In this document: piece after piece, positions 62,112 to 64,000 of the stretch | How positions within the stretch are numbered: the stretch's first letter is position 1 | Layout of the letters: the number at the start of each line of letters is the position of its first letter | NCBI RefSeq assembly: GCF_025612915.1 | Contig: NC_069116.1 | Coordinates: 6,154,123-6,218,122 of the forward strand | Reading direction: 5' to 3' | Length of the DNA: 64,000 bases | Origin: Crassostrea angulata | Taxonomy: Eukaryota | Translations under genes and position numbers: made by a program | Notes under the pieces: generated by a model | What the model was told of the DNA's origin: nothing | Databases searched by the model: none | Seen by the model: only the letters and a program-made list of their open reading frames with translations

Positions 62112-62200
62112 GTACCATAATGATGAGTGGGTGCGGAATTCTGACCAATGGCAAGGGAACCAGGCGGGAGTATGGTGTCTACAACCTGGACGAGCTAACA
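62112..62200 (+). CDS. NEURL4: NEURL4-like exon f (NHR2), (G)[29 protein letters not shown].
   Basis: Track ORF 62120..62383 frame. Acceptor gttgtag, donor ACA|GTGCGA. It is immediately followed by a 38-bp minisatellite that the track ORF reads into. Confidence 0.75.
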
Positions 62201-62204
62201 GTGC

Positions 62205-62630
62205 GACAAAATATCAGCAACCACCATAAGATTTCATACATCAGACAACATATCATCAACCTTCATAAGATTACATACATTGACAATATATCAGCATCCA
62301 CCATAAGATTATATACATCAGACAATATATCAGCAACCACCATAAGATTACATACATTGACAATATATCAGCAACCACCATAAGATTACATACATCAGAC
62401 AATATATCAGCAACCACCATAAGATTACATACATTGACAATATATCAGCATCCACCATAAGATTATATACATCAGACAATATATCAGCAACCACCATAAG
62501 ATTACATACATTGACAATATATCAGCAACCACCATAAGATTACATACATCAGACAATATATCAGCAACCACCATAAGATTACATACATTGACAATATATC
62601 AGCAACCACCATAAGATTACATACATCAGT
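62205..62630. repeat. Minisatellite of about 11 copies of a 38-bp unit (atcagcaaccaccataagattacatacattgacaatat), with alternating variants giving a 76-bp higher-order repeat. It starts 4 bp after the exon f donor.
   Basis: Seen directly. Confidence 0.9.
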
Positions 62631-62845
62631 ACTATGTTAATGTCTTAAAAGGCCAAAGATGAGAGTCTGTGTTCCTGTATTCCCATAAGATAAATTAAGT
62701 TGAAAAGTAATTCTCTTTATTGTCAAAGAACAAATGCCCAATGTTTTTAGGTGATTGACATTTTGCACAATGTGAGGTGATTGTTTTAATCCTCAATAAG
62801 AATTCAAAAAGTTTAGAGCTACAGGACCTTTTTTTTTTGCAACAG

Positions 62846-63104
62846 GAAGGTGATCGTATAGGACTGATCAGGAAATCCAATGGACATCTCCACTACTATA
62901 TCAATGGGGAGGACCAGGGTGTGGCCTCCAATGAGACCCCTCCCACTATCTGGGGGGTGGTGGACCTGTACGGTATGGCAGTCAAAGTGAGCATACTGGA
63001 CCGCAATGACCCCAACTACCCTAACAACATATCATCCCCAGCCCAGAGGGCGCGCAACATATTCAGACAGTACCCAGACATGTACGATGAGATCTCTTCT
63101 GAAG
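62846..63104 (+). CDS. NEURL4: NEURL4-like exon g (NHR2 end), [55 protein letters not shown]...DMYDEISSE(G).
   Basis: Track ORF 62777..63127 frame. Acceptor tttgcaacag, donor G|GTACAT. Confidence 0.85.
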
Positions 63105-63217
63105 GTACATATCACTTACTTACATAAGATGTTTAAAACAACTGCTTTATGTAGTCTGAGTAATTACTTTGTTACTATTTGTAAGAGAACACTAAGTGCA
63201 TGTGTTGATTCTGATAG

Positions 63218-63308
63218 AAGCTGAGCCAGTGGAGAGGCTGCTGTTTCATACTAGATGTGGGTCACACGCAGCGGTCATCAACAACCAAAGGACAGCGCAC
63301 AGACCAAA
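63218..63308 (+). CDS. NEURL4: NEURL4-like exon h (NHR3 start), (E)AEPVERLLFHTRCGSHAAVINNQRTAHRP(K). The 3' end is uncertain (63308 with weak donor AA|GTCTGT, or 63312).
   Basis: Track ORF 63196..63444 frame. Acceptor tgatag. Only the weak donor at 63309 gives the phase needed by exon i. Confidence 0.5.
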
Positions 63309-63709
63309 GTCTGTAACTCCCTCCTCTCTGTTCACACCTTGCAATTATTACTGCCCACTGATCTCAATTAACATTAGGCAAAAAAAGATAATGAATAGAT
63401 TCATTGACACTGCTGCATTAGGTCAAATTTTTCCACGTCGATAATGTTTATTGCCATATTGGAAAGAGAAATAATTTATGAAAATTTAGTAATTCCCCTT
63501 GGCATATCTTGAAATGAAAATAAAATACCTGCCTGCCATGTTATTTTTCTAAAGCTTTGGCCAGAGAAGAAAACATTGCTTATTTTGGCCTAAATCATCA
63601 TGGTTTTACACCACATACATGTACACAATAATAATTCATGTAATGATTTTCTTACTGCAGATCTGATGTTCTGTCATATTTTCTTTCAATATGTAGTTTG
63701 ATTTTGCAG

Positions 63710-63977
63710 TGCCCTTGATGATTTCAACTATGGGGTAGTCCTTACTAATCGCACACTCAGGCCGGAGGAATTGTTTGAAGTTCATATTGATAAGATGGTG
63801 GACAAGTGGGCAGGGTCCATTGAGATCGGGGTGACTCTCCATTCACCAAATGACCTTGACTTCCCTTCCACAATGACTAACATGAGGTCGGGGACGTGGA
63901 TGATGACTGGGACGGGGGTTATGCATAACGGGACGACTGTGATTGACATGTATGGCCAAAATCTGGACAGGTTAAAG
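63710..63977 (+). CDS. NEURL4: NEURL4-like exon i (NHR3), [89 protein letters not shown]. The gene continues past the window end.
   Basis: Acceptor attttgcag, donor AAG|GTATGG. Full NHR core contained in one exon. Placed by hand. Confidence 0.8.
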
Positions 63978-64000
63978 GTATGGGGGTATCCCATTGTTTG

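Noticed and set aside
1-64000. Possibility of a prokaryotic defence system, CRISPR array or operon.
   Set aside because: The sequence is clearly eukaryotic. It has spliceosomal introns with GT-AG borders and phase continuity against MVP, ING, TST and NEURL4 homologues, microsatellites, and SINE/MITE/satellite repeats. Long tandem arrays (43020-44290, 55130-56130) have 150-190 bp units without spacers, so they are satellites and not CRISPR.

Overview
This window is eukaryotic, not prokaryotic. It is AT-rich with islands of CpG, has spliceosomal GT-AG introns with phase-consistent exons, many microsatellites and satellites, MITEs and tRNA-derived SINE-like repeats. The repeat types are consistent with an invertebrate, probably bivalve-mollusc, genome (inference). 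There is no CRISPR, operon or defence-system architecture.

Six protein-coding genes can be reconstructed from the sequence by homology plus splice-site and phase checks:
1. A two-domain rhodanese sulfurtransferase (TST/MPST-like), minus strand, 7 exons, 3-3114, ending at the window edge.
2. A roughly 1870-aa widely spaced C2H2 zinc-finger protein, minus strand, 2 coding exons, 9558-16715.
3. A complete major vault protein gene, plus strand, 10 coding exons, 30381-35189.
4. An intronless-CDS type II membrane glycosyltransferase of the nucleotide-diphospho-sugar transferase family, plus strand, 41652-42665.
5. An ING4/5-type PHD-finger gene, minus strand, 7 exons, 49199-57810, whose introns carry satellites and composite repeats.
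6. The 5' part of a multi-NHR neuralized-like gene (NEURL4-like), plus strand, at least 9 exons from 59930 to the window end.

The most unusual structures are three large composite elements (42745-44420, 45700-47700, 54795-56400). They share about 250 bp terminal arms and a near-palindromic ctcaggtgagc terminus but carry different internal tandem satellite arrays, resembling Helitron/Helentron-associated satellite-bearing non-autonomous elements reported in bivalves. Other notable items are a three-copy 620 bp MITE family, recurrent (C)13-22(A)5-12 composite homopolymer tracts, a probable GC-AG intron in the NEURL4-like gene, and minisatellites abutting splice sites.

Coordinates of coding exons are anchored to the supplied ORF track wherever an ORF shared the exon frame. 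Short exons without a track ORF were placed by hand and could be off by 1-2 bp.
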